From the sequence record PV806337.1: 64,000 nucleotides of DNA; one strand, given 5' to 3'. The translations under genes and the position numbers were made by a program. Within the stretch, counting starts at the first letter, position 1. Every line of letters begins with the position of its first letter. This document shows, in pieces, positions 30,241 to 40,542 of this stretch. This DNA comes from a phage. Under the pieces are notes generated by a model that saw only the letters and a list, made by a program, of their open reading frames with translations, was not told where the DNA came from and made no database searches.

Positions 30241-31014
30241 TTAGTCATCCAGATCGCTTGCAGCTTCTGTGTCAATACCTTTCTGGGAGCCAGCATTGCT
30301 ATTACCAGATTTGGCATCATCATCTTTATTCTCACGACCCTCCATGAAGGCTTGAATTGCTTCTTTCTGCTCTTCATAGGTAGGAACCGGATAGGTTTGT
30401 TCCAGAGAAGGAACTTTTTCGAACTTAATGATGTCGCCATCTTCATCACACATAGCTTCACCGATCAGATCTACATCCGCAGCATATTGCTTGGATTCCG
30501 CACTGTTAGGATCTTGCAGCTTAATCTGGAACTGCATAGCAGCAATCTGCTGTACATCATACTCAGTATCGAAACCTTTACCTTTTTTCTCGATAGAAAT
30601 ATCAATATCAAACGGAGTTGCCAGACTCAACTGCTTCATGATAGACTGAATGCCTTTCAGGATAGTAGCCTTGACTTCCATTACTTTCAGTTTGTTATCA
30701 GAGCGATCGATAACAAAAGCGATATAGTTTTTCTTCGGTTTCAGCGGAACACGATTACCATCTTTATCCAGCTCTTTCTCGAAGAAGCCCATCTCATGAA
30801 CCGGATCAGCTTTACCGCGAACGAAGCTCTCTTTGTCACGATTAAAACGGAGACATTCGAAAGGAGCTACGTTACCCTCTTTATTAGTCAGCCAATAGAC
30901 ATAACGTGGAAGAACACCAGAAACGATACGAACACGAGTGATACCGTTGTTGAACTTCAGGAATTCGATTTTATCGTTAGAACCGCCGGTAGTTTCGCCC
31001 CAAGACTTAGCCAT
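30241..31014 (-). CDS. hypothetical protein with acidic C-terminal tail (D11-like; possible ssDNA-binding role)
   Basis: 257 aa; strong RBS AGAGGAAA; C-terminal EAASDLDD tail; function inferred weakly. Confidence 0.5.
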   Translation of the reverse strand: MAKSWGETTGGSNDKIEFLKFNNGITRVRIVSGVLPRYVYWLTNKEGNVAPFECLRFNRDKESFVRGKADPVHEMGFFEKELDKDGNRVPLKPKKNYIAFVIDRSDNKLKVMEVKATILKGIQSIMKQLSLATPFDIDISIEKKGKGFDTEYDVQQIAAMQFQIKLQDPNSAESKQYAADVDLIGEAMCDEDGDIIKFEKVPSLEQTYPVPTYEEQKEAIQAFMEGRENKDDDAKSGNSNAGSQKGIDTEAASDLDD

Positions 31015-31291
31015 ATTTTATTTCCTCTTTAAAGATTAATTTTGATTTGTTAATTGCGATTAATGGGTTAGTGTCGATTACTAAACGTGGTATCCATACT
31101 GGAACATATTGCATGTCCAAACTAGGATCGTTTGTAAACTTGTATTCGGCATAATTTCGTAGACTTAAAATTCCTAGATATTCTGCCAGTTGTCTATTAG
31201 ACAATTTATTTGGATTATCAACAATAGTTGATTCATTCAAAATGAATGAGGAACCGACCAACAATTGGTGAGCATCAGGCTCTGTAAGCAT
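31007..31291 (-). CDS. hypothetical protein
   Basis: 94-aa ORF downstream of tandem promoters; weak RBS; may be leader rather than gene. Confidence 0.35.
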   Translation of the reverse strand: MLTEPDAHQLLVGSSFILNESTIVDNPNKLSNRQLAEYLGILSLRNYAEYKFTNDPSLDMQYVPVWIPRLVIDTNPLIAINKSKLIFKEEIKYG

Positions 31292-31398
31292 TCTTTTGAA
31301 TAACTTAATAATTAGGTCGGAATTTCCTCTAGCTAGTAAGTATAGCTTTTCATAATCGAAGAATTTAATTTTTGTTTTCTCCTCGAATTTATGTATAT

Positions 31399-31428
31399 AT
31401 TATACTAGATTTCGAGAGAATTTAGCAA
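31399..31428 (-). promoter_or_regulatory. T5-type sigma70 promoter
   Basis: - strand reads TTGCTA, 18-bp spacer, TATAAT, then ATATACATAAATTCGAGGAG. Confidence 0.65.
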
Positions 31429-31499
31429 CTAAAATTTTTATTTTTCTGCTTCGGACTTCCTTATCAACCCGAAACTTTCTCTCTCAAATTTATGTATAT

Positions 31500-31528
31500 A
31501 TTATACATCATTTATGAGCTGTTGCCAA
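31500..31528 (-). promoter_or_regulatory. T5-type sigma70 promoter (tandem copy)
   Basis: - strand reads TTGGCA, 17-bp spacer, TATAAT, then ATATACATAAATTTGAGAGAG; overlaps 3' end of helicase gene. Confidence 0.55.
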
Positions 31529-32864
31529 ATGCAATTTTAGCTAATTGAACTGCTTTCTCCGGAGTCATAGTAATAGTTTTCCACCCGTTGTTACGATATA
31601 CTGCCATACGTCCCGAAGCCTGTCTTAGTCCAGTGCCACCTTTCATAATTAGATCTACAACAATAGGGTCGAGTTTACCATCGACAATACGTTGAACACG
31701 GCCTGCAAGCTGTTCAATGAGAGATTCATTATTAATGAGGCTTCCCATTATTAAACAAGATAGCTCATTAAGGGAAATACCCTCAGAGAAGATACTTTGA
31801 GCTGCTGCAAGTACACAAGGCCCACCTTTTGCTATATCTTCCTGAATTTTTAATCGGTCATCTAAGTGGGTTGCCCCTATAATTTCATATGTTGTAACAC
31901 CCCGCTGCGTGAGAGCTTCTATTACTGTTTGGATTAACTCTGTTCTATCACTTACAATGAGTACTTTATGCCCCATATTCACATATAAATGTGCTAGGTT
32001 TATAATAGTCTCTCGATATTCAGGATGATTATACACATCGTTAGCACGTAATGCCCATGGTACGTTTTGATTTCCTGATAGCTCAACAGGCACGGAGTAC
32101 CTATGGATTGTAGGAGCAACAGTATTATTAACCGGAGGACTAAAGATTTTATATCCAAAGAAATCTTTGAACATAACTTGCAAGCCATCCTTACGTTTTA
32201 ACGTACCAGATAGTCCAATCTTGTAGCGAGCACATGATATTTCTAGGAAGTTAGTGAAAGTTGTAGCCACACAATGGTGAACTTCATCAACTATAACAGT
32301 ACCGAATACTTTAGAAAGATTATTCGCATGTTTATTCACTGTTTGAATATTACTGACTACAATTGGTGGATCAATATTGTATTTCCCAGAACCTATGATG
32401 CCCGGTTCAAACCCAAACCATTTACGAACTTCTGCCGCCCACATTTCACGAATGGATGTATTCGTACAGATTACCAAAGTTTTCTGGCCAAATTTATACG
32501 CAAGTGCAAGGGCTAGGATAGTTTTACCAAATCCAGGCTTACCATTAATAATACAGGTATCATCGCATTCTTCATATATTGGAAGCTGATCTTCTTCACG
32601 CAGCTTGAACTTAGGTTTTGGTATATCTACCGGAGCTAATGTGCGTTTATCGACTAATTCATATTTTATTCCTTTAGCATCTAGTAAGTCCAGACGCGTA
32701 ATAGGAATCCACTTAATCTCTTTGGCAACAACACCACTATTCTTATACATAATAGGGTATTTACTAGTCATTGTCTCAATGTGATAAGTGGTTTGTTTAC
32801 TACAATAATCCCAAAGTTCATCATCGGGCTTGAAATAGGCTTTATTAGATATAACAACCTTCAT
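31512..32864 (-). CDS. SF2 DNA helicase (D10-like)
   Basis: 450 aa; Walker A GFGKT, DEVH box (VIVDEVHH), motif VI QLAGRVQR. Confidence 0.8.
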   Translation of the reverse strand: MKVVISNKAYFKPDDELWDYCSKQTTYHIETMTSKYPIMYKNSGVVAKEIKWIPITRLDLLDAKGIKYELVDKRTLAPVDIPKPKFKLREEDQLPIYEECDDTCIINGKPGFGKTILALALAYKFGQKTLVICTNTSIREMWAAEVRKWFGFEPGIIGSGKYNIDPPIVVSNIQTVNKHANNLSKVFGTVIVDEVHHCVATTFTNFLEISCARYKIGLSGTLKRKDGLQVMFKDFFGYKIFSPPVNNTVAPTIHRYSVPVELSGNQNVPWALRANDVYNHPEYRETIINLAHLYVNMGHKVLIVSDRTELIQTVIEALTQRGVTTYEIIGATHLDDRLKIQEDIAKGGPCVLAAAQSIFSEGISLNELSCLIMGSLINNESLIEQLAGRVQRIVDGKLDPIVVDLIMKGGTGLRQASGRMAVYRNNGWKTITMTPEKAVQLAKIAFGNSS

Positions 32865-33358
32865 AATTTTATTCTAAGTCTAGGAATTTCAGGCTCCTCT
32901 TGATGGACTTGGTAAATAACAGGGCTATTATTTACCAGAATATAGCTTATATAAGCTGGAACATAGGATAATACAAATGGATATGGAACTTTAGCTACAT
33001 AGCATTGGTATTTTCCGTTGTAAATTCTAGCTGAATGCAAAACTTTAGAGGTGACAACATCATAAAACGTAGTTTTCTTCCAGTTAATAAGATTTCCATC
33101 AGAATCTATAAATTGGCTACGCTTTGACCCAACTAATTGAGACAACATGGATATTCTGCCCCTAATAGGATAGAGCTTATATGGTAATTCTTTCCGTTTC
33201 TCAAATAGAATAAGCCTACGTTGAGAAAAAGTGCCAGGCAACTTCCTGTTATCTAGTACATATTTATTATATCTTGTTGTAATTACGGAATAATCACCTT
33301 CTTGCTCAATTGATACAAAAGCCCGTAAAGCATATACGGGCAATTTGAAATCAAGCAC
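32861..33358 (-). CDS. hypothetical protein
   Basis: 165-aa ORF, GTG start preceded by GAGAAGGA; overlaps polymerase stop. Confidence 0.45.
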   Translation of the reverse strand: MLDFKLPVYALRAFVSIEQEGDYSVITTRYNKYVLDNRKLPGTFSQRRLILFEKRKELPYKLYPIRGRISMLSQLVGSKRSQFIDSDGNLINWKKTTFYDVVTSKVLHSARIYNGKYQCYVAKVPYPFVLSYVPAYISYILVNNSPVIYQVHQEEPEIPRLRIKL

Positions 33359-35918
33359 CGAGAATCCTTCTCACGTTATCCAAATCTTTACATACAGCAA
33401 TAAACTTATCATCCTTGTATTTGCTATGATCTGGATGCTCTTTATCCATTGCAGCTAGTTTCTTATACTCGAATTCTGCATCAAGTAATACACCCTTGAC
33501 ATAACGAGTATATTCATCATCATCAATACAAGCGATTGATGGGTGCTGTTTCTTCATCTTACCACAAGAGTAGTCGCGAGAACCTCCAGCTTCAGAATCT
33601 GAATCAATACCAATCGGACAGCCAGGAATACTAATACCGCGGTCTTTCTGAATATTACGAATCAGGATTTCATTGTATTGGTCGATCAAATCCTCACGAA
33701 CAATAGCAACTACGGAGTCGTGAACCAGCATAACAATCTTCATCTCTTGTTCTAGGCCAAGAGAAATGATCTCATTATCTGCATCTACAGCACCTAAAAG
33801 GAGACTATCAGAAGAAGCAGACTGAATGATTGCGTTAAATCCAGAACGGATTTCTTCACCTTGAACACCACGGTCTTCGGAGTGGATATTATGCAGACGA
33901 CGTTTACGACCAAAGTGACTATAGATAAATCCATGATTCTTGATCTGATCATGGCACTTATCAATCCAACGCTTAAGCTGCGGGAACTGACCGAAGTAAG
34001 TTTCTATATACTCTTTAGCATCTGCAACCGTACACTCTACAAACGGTTCGCCTGTCTTAGCAGCCTGTTCCAGAAGAGCTTCGTTAACAGAATGAGCTAC
34101 TTTAGCTGGGCCAGAACCATACAGAATACCAAAGGTGATTGCTTTAGCTGCTTGACGCAGAGCTGGGAATAACTTTTTAACATCACGAGGCTCGCATTGG
34201 AGCTTAAATACCATGTGTGCGATGTTAGAGTGGAAGTCGGGGTATTTATCTGGTTCATTTCTCATGTTGATAAATACTTGTTGCATATTTCTATCACCAG
34301 ATAGAACAGCAGCATAATAAACTTCCGCAGTTGTTAAGTCCCATGCGATTACACGATACCCAGGAGGAGCTACTACACAACCCTTGATAATAGATTCATC
34401 ACGAGGTAACTGTTGCAAGTTCAGTTTACCGGAAGAACTCAGACGACCAGAAGTAGTCATATGTTCGTGGAAACCAGTACGAATGCAACCATCTGCATCA
34501 ATACTCAGAAGAATCTTCTCAACATAAGTAGAGATCAGCTTAGTTAGCTTACGAATCTCTAGTAGAGTCTTAGCAATTGGATGCTGCGTAGACAATTCGT
34601 TCAGAGCTTCTGCATCTGTAGAATCTGCTCCAGTATCCGTCAATTTACCTGTTGGAGTTAAGCCAACATAATCAAACAGAAGAACACGGAGTTGTTTAAC
34701 AGAGTTTGGGTTAAACGCTTCGTTCTGATCTTTCTCTAGCTGAACGACTTCTGGATAAGTATACAGTTTTTCACGAGCTTTATTCAGATTATGGGTTAAC
34801 TGGTACTGAGCTTCTTTTAAACGATCAATAGAAATAGGTACACCACGATCCTCAACACGCTGGAGAAATACACAACCAGGCATTAGGACATCATAATACA
34901 GACTACAAAGTTTTTCATTCTTCTCAATTTTTGGTAAGAAGAAGTTGTGCAAACGTATGGTAGCATCGGTATCTTTCGCAGCGTAAGGCCACATAATATC
35001 AAACGGAATTAAATCATAGGTGAAATCTTCTTTCTTGATTTTATGTGCTTTGCAGTAATCCTCTTTGAACTTATCTAGTTCGAAGTCATAGTCACCCATA
35101 TCGGTATACTTCATTGCTAGAGATTTCAAGCCATGAGTACCACGACGTTCATCTAGAACATAATGCTGCAACATAGTATCATGGAGCCTGCGTTCTTTAT
35201 GCGCTTTATCAAAAGTAAGTCCCAGATGGTACTTATAAAAGTGCATATCAAACTTCAGGTTGTGAAAAACAATAGTGTGGTTTTCACTATCCAGAATTTT
35301 CTGGAGATAATATACTGCAACCTCTGTGAGACAATCAGAATCGATATATACACCCTGATACTCTTGGTGAGACATAGAAACACCAAGCAGATAACCATCT
35401 CGACAGTATAGTGCTGAGGTTTCGGAGTCGAATGCGACAGGTCCGATAACCATATTATACACCATCTTGATATATTCTTCCGCCTCGTCAGGGTCAGTAA
35501 TAGGACGGTAATCACCAGCTTTTGCAATCTTCTCACGACCATTGATAATATCGTGGATATTCTCTACTGTTGCATCGAAAACTGGTTTCATTTCAGGCTT
35601 AAAGTGTAACTGGGCTGGGCTGATACTCGCAATCCAGTTAGCATATCCATTATACTCTACACGTTTACCGGTATAATCACCAATACCTTTCTTACCTGCA
35701 AAGTACAGGAAAGGTTCGGCACCTACTAGTATAACAAAATCATAATCATTAGGATCAAATGGGTTTTCTGGTGTTCCAATAGTAATGTGCTTTTTAAGCA
35801 AACGACCAGATAACTTCTCGTTACACATATGGAATACATCAACTTCCTCGCCGTATAGCTGGAAATGTTTATCATAACGAGTGTTATTTAGAGCTTTATC
35901 AACTACTGCGATTTTCAA
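33351..35918 (-). CDS. DNA polymerase, family A, with 3'-5' exonuclease domain
   Basis: 855 aa; exo motif VAFDSETSALY; motif B RQAAKAITFGILYG; motif C LVHDSVV; apparent TTG start preceded by AGGAGA. Confidence 0.9.
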   Translation of the reverse strand: MKIAVVDKALNNTRYDKHFQLYGEEVDVFHMCNEKLSGRLLKKHITIGTPENPFDPNDYDFVILVGAEPFLYFAGKKGIGDYTGKRVEYNGYANWIASISPAQLHFKPEMKPVFDATVENIHDIINGREKIAKAGDYRPITDPDEAEEYIKMVYNMVIGPVAFDSETSALYCRDGYLLGVSMSHQEYQGVYIDSDCLTEVAVYYLQKILDSENHTIVFHNLKFDMHFYKYHLGLTFDKAHKERRLHDTMLQHYVLDERRGTHGLKSLAMKYTDMGDYDFELDKFKEDYCKAHKIKKEDFTYDLIPFDIMWPYAAKDTDATIRLHNFFLPKIEKNEKLCSLYYDVLMPGCVFLQRVEDRGVPISIDRLKEAQYQLTHNLNKAREKLYTYPEVVQLEKDQNEAFNPNSVKQLRVLLFDYVGLTPTGKLTDTGADSTDAEALNELSTQHPIAKTLLEIRKLTKLISTYVEKILLSIDADGCIRTGFHEHMTTSGRLSSSGKLNLQQLPRDESIIKGCVVAPPGYRVIAWDLTTAEVYYAAVLSGDRNMQQVFINMRNEPDKYPDFHSNIAHMVFKLQCEPRDVKKLFPALRQAAKAITFGILYGSGPAKVAHSVNEALLEQAAKTGEPFVECTVADAKEYIETYFGQFPQLKRWIDKCHDQIKNHGFIYSHFGRKRRLHNIHSEDRGVQGEEIRSGFNAIIQSASSDSLLLGAVDADNEIISLGLEQEMKIVMLVHDSVVAIVREDLIDQYNEILIRNIQKDRGISIPGCPIGIDSDSEAGGSRDYSCGKMKKQHPSIACIDDDEYTRYVKGVLLDAEFEYKKLAAMDKEHPDHSKYKDDKFIAVCKDLDNVRRILGA

Positions 35919-35979
35919 ATTTAATCTCCTCTTGGTAAGTAAGTATAACTTCAGTGTTTCTTCTCTAACTTACCAATAT

Positions 35980-36008
35980 ATTATATCAAAATATTGGGAT
36001 AATAGCAA
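35980..36008 (-). promoter_or_regulatory. T5-type sigma70 promoter upstream of DNA polymerase
   Basis: - strand TTGCTA, 17-bp spacer, TATAAT. Confidence 0.7.
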
Positions 36009-36011
36009 ATA

Positions 36012-36341
36012 CTATTTATAGGTGTGAAGTAATTTACGCATTTCATTGCGCTGCTTTTCTAGTACCCGAAATTCTTCATCTATACGCAGAAAAGCATCTA
36101 GCGCTTTCATAGATTGCTCAGTATTTTCTACAACAGCCCAATCATATGTTAGGTATACCTCTTGACCTGTATCTTTTACTTTAAAGTAAATATAAGATGC
36201 AGGTAATTTAGGATCACCAAATAAATGGAAATTCTTTCGTTTATTAAGGGACTCCAGTGTTGTAAACCGCTCTAGTTTAACCTCTTTGTGTGTTACACTA
36301 TCATACACTGGAACATCCGCATAAATATATACATATTCCAT
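36012..36341 (-). CDS. hypothetical protein
   Basis: 109-aa ORF with own upstream promoter. Confidence 0.45.
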   Translation of the reverse strand: MEYVYIYADVPVYDSVTHKEVKLERFTTLESLNKRKNFHLFGDPKLPASYIYFKVKDTGQEVYLTYDWAVVENTEQSMKALDAFLRIDEEFRVLEKQRNEMRKLLHTYK

Positions 36342-36366
36342 AGTAGCTCCTCAGTTATTTAGGACT

Positions 36367-36396
36367 ATTATACCAAATCTTTAAGCGATTCAGCAA
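36367..36396 (-). promoter_or_regulatory. T5-type sigma70 promoter
   Basis: - strand TTGCTG, 18-bp spacer, TATAAT; overlaps 3' end of primase gene. Confidence 0.6.
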
Positions 36397-37258
36397 CTAA
36401 AATTTCAATACGTTTTGCTAACGTATCGACTTCTTCTTTATTTAAATCACCAGGATCCTTACCCTCTGGAAGTAAGAAGTTAGCAACTACAGGTGTTAAA
36501 CGTGTTTTTGTACGGATTAGTTTAGCCAGTGCTTGCGCAGCTTTATTACCAGAAGCATCATTATCTAGTAAGATAACAACAACTTTTACACCGGCAATAA
36601 TATAAGGACTGAACTTATCTGCAATGTTATCTGAAGTAAACTGATGTGTACCAAAGCAGCAAGAAGTATAGTCTATACCATTATCCTCTAGGTTCAGCAT
36701 ATCAAAGATGCCTTCAACTAGAATAAGAACTGGAGTATTATATCGTACAGGAAAAATTGGCGGTGAAACTTGTTTTGGTTTTACTAAGTATTTAGGAGGG
36801 GCAGAACTGTTTATAGAACGACCCAAAAATAGGATATTGCGTCCAACAGCATCTGTGATTGGGAATACAATTCTGCCTTCCCAGTCTGCTTGGTGTTGGA
36901 AAGCAAAATATTTCTTCAAGGTCTTAGAACTTATACCTCGGAAATCACCTTCGAAAAGGCAAGCAGATTCAGGAATTGCAAGATTCGTTGATCCATTCCT
37001 AATCTCTGAAATCTTTTTACGTACTTGCGATAGCCTTGGGGACTGTCGGTACTGAGTCTCATTAAAATAATGGTAAATGCTCGGTATACCTTTACCGAAG
37101 CCACAACTCAAGCAGTGCATAATACCTGTTTCAGGGTCAATACGCAAACTTGGGTGTTTATCGTCATGATCTGGATTGAGACAACAGATGAGGATGTCCC
37201 CACCTGTGTCTTTATATTCAATGCCTTTCAGATCAAGTAGTTCTGTTATTCTACTCAT
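36368..37258 (-). CDS. DNA primase (zinc-binding + Toprim)
   Basis: 296 aa; CHC2-like zinc motif CCLNPDHDDKHPSLRIDPETGIMHCLSCG; acidic Toprim residues (LVEGIFD, LDND). Confidence 0.8.
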   Translation of the reverse strand: MSRITELLDLKGIEYKDTGGDILICCLNPDHDDKHPSLRIDPETGIMHCLSCGFGKGIPSIYHYFNETQYRQSPRLSQVRKKISEIRNGSTNLAIPESACLFEGDFRGISSKTLKKYFAFQHQADWEGRIVFPITDAVGRNILFLGRSINSSAPPKYLVKPKQVSPPIFPVRYNTPVLILVEGIFDMLNLEDNGIDYTSCCFGTHQFTSDNIADKFSPYIIAGVKVVVILLDNDASGNKAAQALAKLIRTKTRLTPVVANFLLPEGKDPGDLNKEEVDTLAKRIEILVAESLKDLV

Positions 37259-38727
37259 ATATCGCTGGCCTGTTCACCTGTTGAATTTTCAGTTTTGTCT
37301 TTCTTAGCACGTTTAGGTTGAGCCGGCTTATCCTTCTCAATAGGGATAACGAACTCAGCTTCCATTTGAGATATATCTTCCATTGCTAGATTGGTAGTGT
37401 TATCCATCCGCAGGGTTTCCCAGTTCATTTTAGGCATAAACTTCACGCTATCAGAAGAACGAGTCTTAACGAAGTCAAACATAATAGCACCTTGACCATT
37501 ATCAGCTTTTGCAGCATTAAGATTAGCAGCCATGTCTGCGGAATCAAGAATCCCCTTTGACATACGTGTTCTACCATCTTGATCGATCTGGTAAGGAGCT
37601 ACGCCAGCCACGTTATGTTTCTGGCAGATGGATTTGAAAGACGAGCTAACAACCATCTGTTCTTTCCAGTCATACATATCAATGGTTTTAGAATCTGGAA
37701 GTCGGGTTTGGTTAATATAGTCCAGTAAAGCTACTGTAACTTTATCACCATATCTAGCAACTAATTTATTTAATTCTACGTCAACTGTTGTAATGGACAG
37801 TTCAGGGTCATAAACGATAATCATAGGAGTATGTAGTTCATACCCTTCTATTAGCTTACTCTCCATATCGTAGAAATCACTCATCTTAGCCATTGTATAC
37901 TGTTTAACGAAGTTATCGAAAAGCTCTTCACCACCGTTGAACATTCTAGCTCTAGTTCTGGCTAATCTCAATAGAGCTGCACCTTCTAGAGTATTATTAC
38001 GCATTGCTAGTGCTGATACCCCGGCTAACATGGCTAGATTACGTCTAAATACTTCATGTTCTTTCATCTCAATTGAGAAGTATGGAGCAATATCTCCATT
38101 CAAATATTGCTGAACCTGTATGTTTGAACAGATAATGGATTTACCAGTACCACGCCAACCACCAAGCAGTAACGTTTCTGTGCGAGCTAAACCAATTTGA
38201 GCGTCGAACTCATTACAAATACCAAGAGCGATTAAGTTCAGTTTGGTATCTTCTTCTCTCTGGAAAATACGCATGTTATCTGCGTTGAATACTTTTCCAG
38301 TATTCGTTACTTTCTCTTCTAATTTTAAGTGAAGGGAGGCAACTCGGTTGAGAATTTCTCCCTGATCCAGCATTGTTAAATCTTGAAGCACGTCTGTTTC
38401 TAGAAGCTTCAGGAATAAATCCTGTGTATATTCAGCCTCTAGGACTTCAAGTGCCTGTTCCATGCTCACTTCTGGAATTTGAGTGTTAGCTAAGACGACT
38501 AGAGCTTGAGAAAGGCGGGCGTTCCTATTAGCTTCAAGCATAAGTGCGTCAATGGACGGCATTGTGTTATATTTTTTATAATAATTCTGGACGGCTTGGT
38601 AAATTGAGGAGAAAGCGTCATTAAAATGATCTTTATGCAGTTTTGAGAATGTTTCCAATGCTATTTGCTTCTGTTCGGAAGCTAGAAGCATCTTCAACAC
38701 TACAGCTTGCACGTTAAACAAGGTCAT
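37255..38727 (-). CDS. replicative helicase-like P-loop ATPase (DnaB/RecA-like)
   Basis: Walker A GGWRGTGKS; start set at ATG 38727 (MTLFNV) preceded by AAGGAGA; ORF-track start 38778 likely over-extended. Confidence 0.6.
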   Translation of the reverse strand: MTLFNVQAVVLKMLLASEQKQIALETFSKLHKDHFNDAFSSIYQAVQNYYKKYNTMPSIDALMLEANRNARLSQALVVLANTQIPEVSMEQALEVLEAEYTQDLFLKLLETDVLQDLTMLDQGEILNRVASLHLKLEEKVTNTGKVFNADNMRIFQREEDTKLNLIALGICNEFDAQIGLARTETLLLGGWRGTGKSIICSNIQVQQYLNGDIAPYFSIEMKEHEVFRRNLAMLAGVSALAMRNNTLEGAALLRLARTRARMFNGGEELFDNFVKQYTMAKMSDFYDMESKLIEGYELHTPMIIVYDPELSITTVDVELNKLVARYGDKVTVALLDYINQTRLPDSKTIDMYDWKEQMVVSSSFKSICQKHNVAGVAPYQIDQDGRTRMSKGILDSADMAANLNAAKADNGQGAIMFDFVKTRSSDSVKFMPKMNWETLRMDNTTNLAMEDISQMEAEFVIPIEKDKPAQPKRAKKDKTENSTGEQASDI

Positions 38728-38765
38728 TCTCCTTTGCACGCTTTCGTGCCTTCTAAATGCAAAAA

Positions 38766-38800
38766 GGGGAAGGAGCATAGCCCCCTCCCCTTAGGTTTAA
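38766..38800 (-). terminator. rho-independent terminator (- strand)
   Basis: - strand GGGGAGGGGGCTATGCTCCTTCCCC hairpin followed by TTTTTGCATTT. Confidence 0.6.
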
Positions 38801-38809
38801 TTTACCAGA

Positions 38810-39577
38810 TTATTCAGCAGCCGCAGCTTTTGCATCCAGTTTAGCACGCTTAGCGGCACCATCATAGTCCTTAGCAACCAGACCACGACGAGACAGCATA
38901 GATTTAACACCGCGCTCAGACTTACCAGTTTTCTCAGCGATCTCAGCAACAGTCATGTTAACCAGATCCAGACCTTCTAACAGATCTTCACGAGTTTTAG
39001 CACTTGAGGTTTCCTGTACCGGCATAGCAGCGATACGACCTTCACGAAGCAGGCTCAGAGCTTTACCGCGGATCTGCTTAATATTACGACCGAAGTGAGC
39101 AGCGATAGCTTCAATAGTAGCACCAGCAACAACCTGATTAACAAAATCAGTTTCTTCATCTGGAGTGAAGGAACGAACAGCAGCAGCTTTTTCGGTTGGC
39201 TTAACAGAAGCGGTCATTTCCAGACTCAGAATCTTACCCTGTACCTGCTTAGCACCGAACTGACCACCAGCCACAGCAGCAGCGATTTCAGCATAGGTAT
39301 ACTGACCAGCATGAGCGTTCAGGAAATCAACCAGTTCAGCTTCCTGCTCAGGAGTCCACGGGGATTTCTGTACTTCGTTAGCTTTCTGTACTTCAAAACC
39401 TTCTTTACGCAGTTTAGAGCCAACAGAGCGAGCGGTAACATCTTTGCCAGTTTCAGCGGCCAGTTCAGCAGCGATAGCAGCTACTTGTTCTTGAGAGATT
39501 ACAGCAACACCCAGAGCAGTGGCTTTTGCTTTCAGAGACTCGGTTACACCTTCTACGTTCCAGTTCAGTTTAGACAT
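38810..39577 (-). CDS. abundant DNA-binding protein with four tandem HTH-like repeats (D5-like)
   Basis: 255 aa; four ~30-aa repeats of pattern xxEIAxxxGKxxxxVxxxLSxxGL; high-expression codon bias. Confidence 0.55.
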   Translation of the reverse strand: MSKLNWNVEGVTESLKAKATALGVAVISQEQVAAIAAELAAETGKDVTARSVGSKLRKEGFEVQKANEVQKSPWTPEQEAELVDFLNAHAGQYTYAEIAAAVAGGQFGAKQVQGKILSLEMTASVKPTEKAAAVRSFTPDEETDFVNQVVAGATIEAIAAHFGRNIKQIRGKALSLLREGRIAAMPVQETSSAKTREDLLEGLDLVNMTVAEIAEKTGKSERGVKSMLSRRGLVAKDYDGAAKRAKLDAKAAAAE

Positions 39578-40340
39578 TATTATTTTTCTCCAATAGTTCT
39601 TTAATCGACAGGATTTCTATCCCATTCGTTTCGGCTTTCTTATAAGATGAGGAAGAACGTTTTGATTCATCCTCACAGATTAGGTATTTGACGTCTTTGG
39701 TAACGGATTTCTTAACCGTGTATCCTAGACCTTCTAAGTAGTTTGTTGCATCCGTTCGATTTGCAAAATCTTGCAAAGATCCGGTAATACATACCGCGAT
39801 TCCATTTGGCTGGGCAACTAAATCATCAGTAACGACGGTTTTAGCTTTAGCACCAGTTGAGAATTTCCACGGTAATTCGATAACATCCTTGCCTTGTGGG
39901 GAATTTAGCCAGGCTTTATAATTTTCTCCAGCCTTGCCGTCAGCCTTCACATCATGGAAGCTAGTGCAATTTTGGGATAATTTCTTTGCTGCAACCTCTC
40001 CAATTAGAGGGATTCCTAAAGAACCGAGAACTGAACCAAAGTCAATGTCTCCGCGAACTTTAGTATTTAATTCGCTAATTAACTTAGCGGCAACCTTGCT
40101 ACCCACGGCTCTAACCAAATCTTCTTCGGTTAGGTAAAAGAGTTCTGAAATCTTCGTCAGCTCCAGCTTCTCAATAGTTTTCGGGCCAAAGCCCTTTAAC
40201 TTCATTTTTGAACAGAAGTTCTCAATTAACTTACTTGATTGCGCTGGACAGTTGGACTTATTCCGACAGAATAATTGTCCGTTGACAAGATCTAGCTTAG
40301 AACCACAAGAGGGACATTGTGTTGGAATTTCGATTTTCAT
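39570..40340 (-). CDS. NAD-dependent DNA ligase, C-terminal subunit (Zn finger-HhH-BRCT)
   Basis: C4 zinc finger CPSCGSKLDL…CRNKSNC, HhH (GFGPKTIEKL), C-terminal BRCT-like; ATG at 40338-40340 (track start is a TTG). Confidence 0.8.
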   Translation of the reverse strand: MKIEIPTQCPSCGSKLDLVNGQLFCRNKSNCPAQSSKLIENFCSKMKLKGFGPKTIEKLELTKISELFYLTEEDLVRAVGSKVAAKLISELNTKVRGDIDFGSVLGSLGIPLIGEVAAKKLSQNCTSFHDVKADGKAGENYKAWLNSPQGKDVIELPWKFSTGAKAKTVVTDDLVAQPNGIAVCITGSLQDFANRTDATNYLEGLGYTVKKSVTKDVKYLICEDESKRSSSSYKKAETNGIEILSIKELLEKNNNV

Positions 40341-40370
40341 CAAATTTCTTCCTTATCAATTTATATAAAT

Positions 40371-40399
40371 ATTATAGCAAGTATTTAAGCATTTAGCAA
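40371..40399 (-). promoter_or_regulatory. T5-type sigma70 promoter between the two ligase genes
   Basis: - strand TTGCTA, 17-bp spacer, TATAAT. Confidence 0.7.
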
Positions 40400-40542
40400 C
40401 TACAATTTTAACTAACTTTGCTTACCCTCGCCATAACTTTCTATCCCTCAACTGAATGATAATAGTATATACCTAAGCGGCGAAAATGTCAATAACCACT
40501 TTATAATTCCGATATGGTAGATGGGTAGCAAAGGGTTATGTA

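Noticed and set aside
30352-31032. 226-aa + strand ORF
   Set aside because: Antisense to the D11-like gene; no RBS and no promoter in this convergent region.
39095-39604. 169-aa + strand ORF
   Set aside because: Antisense to the codon-optimised D5-like gene.
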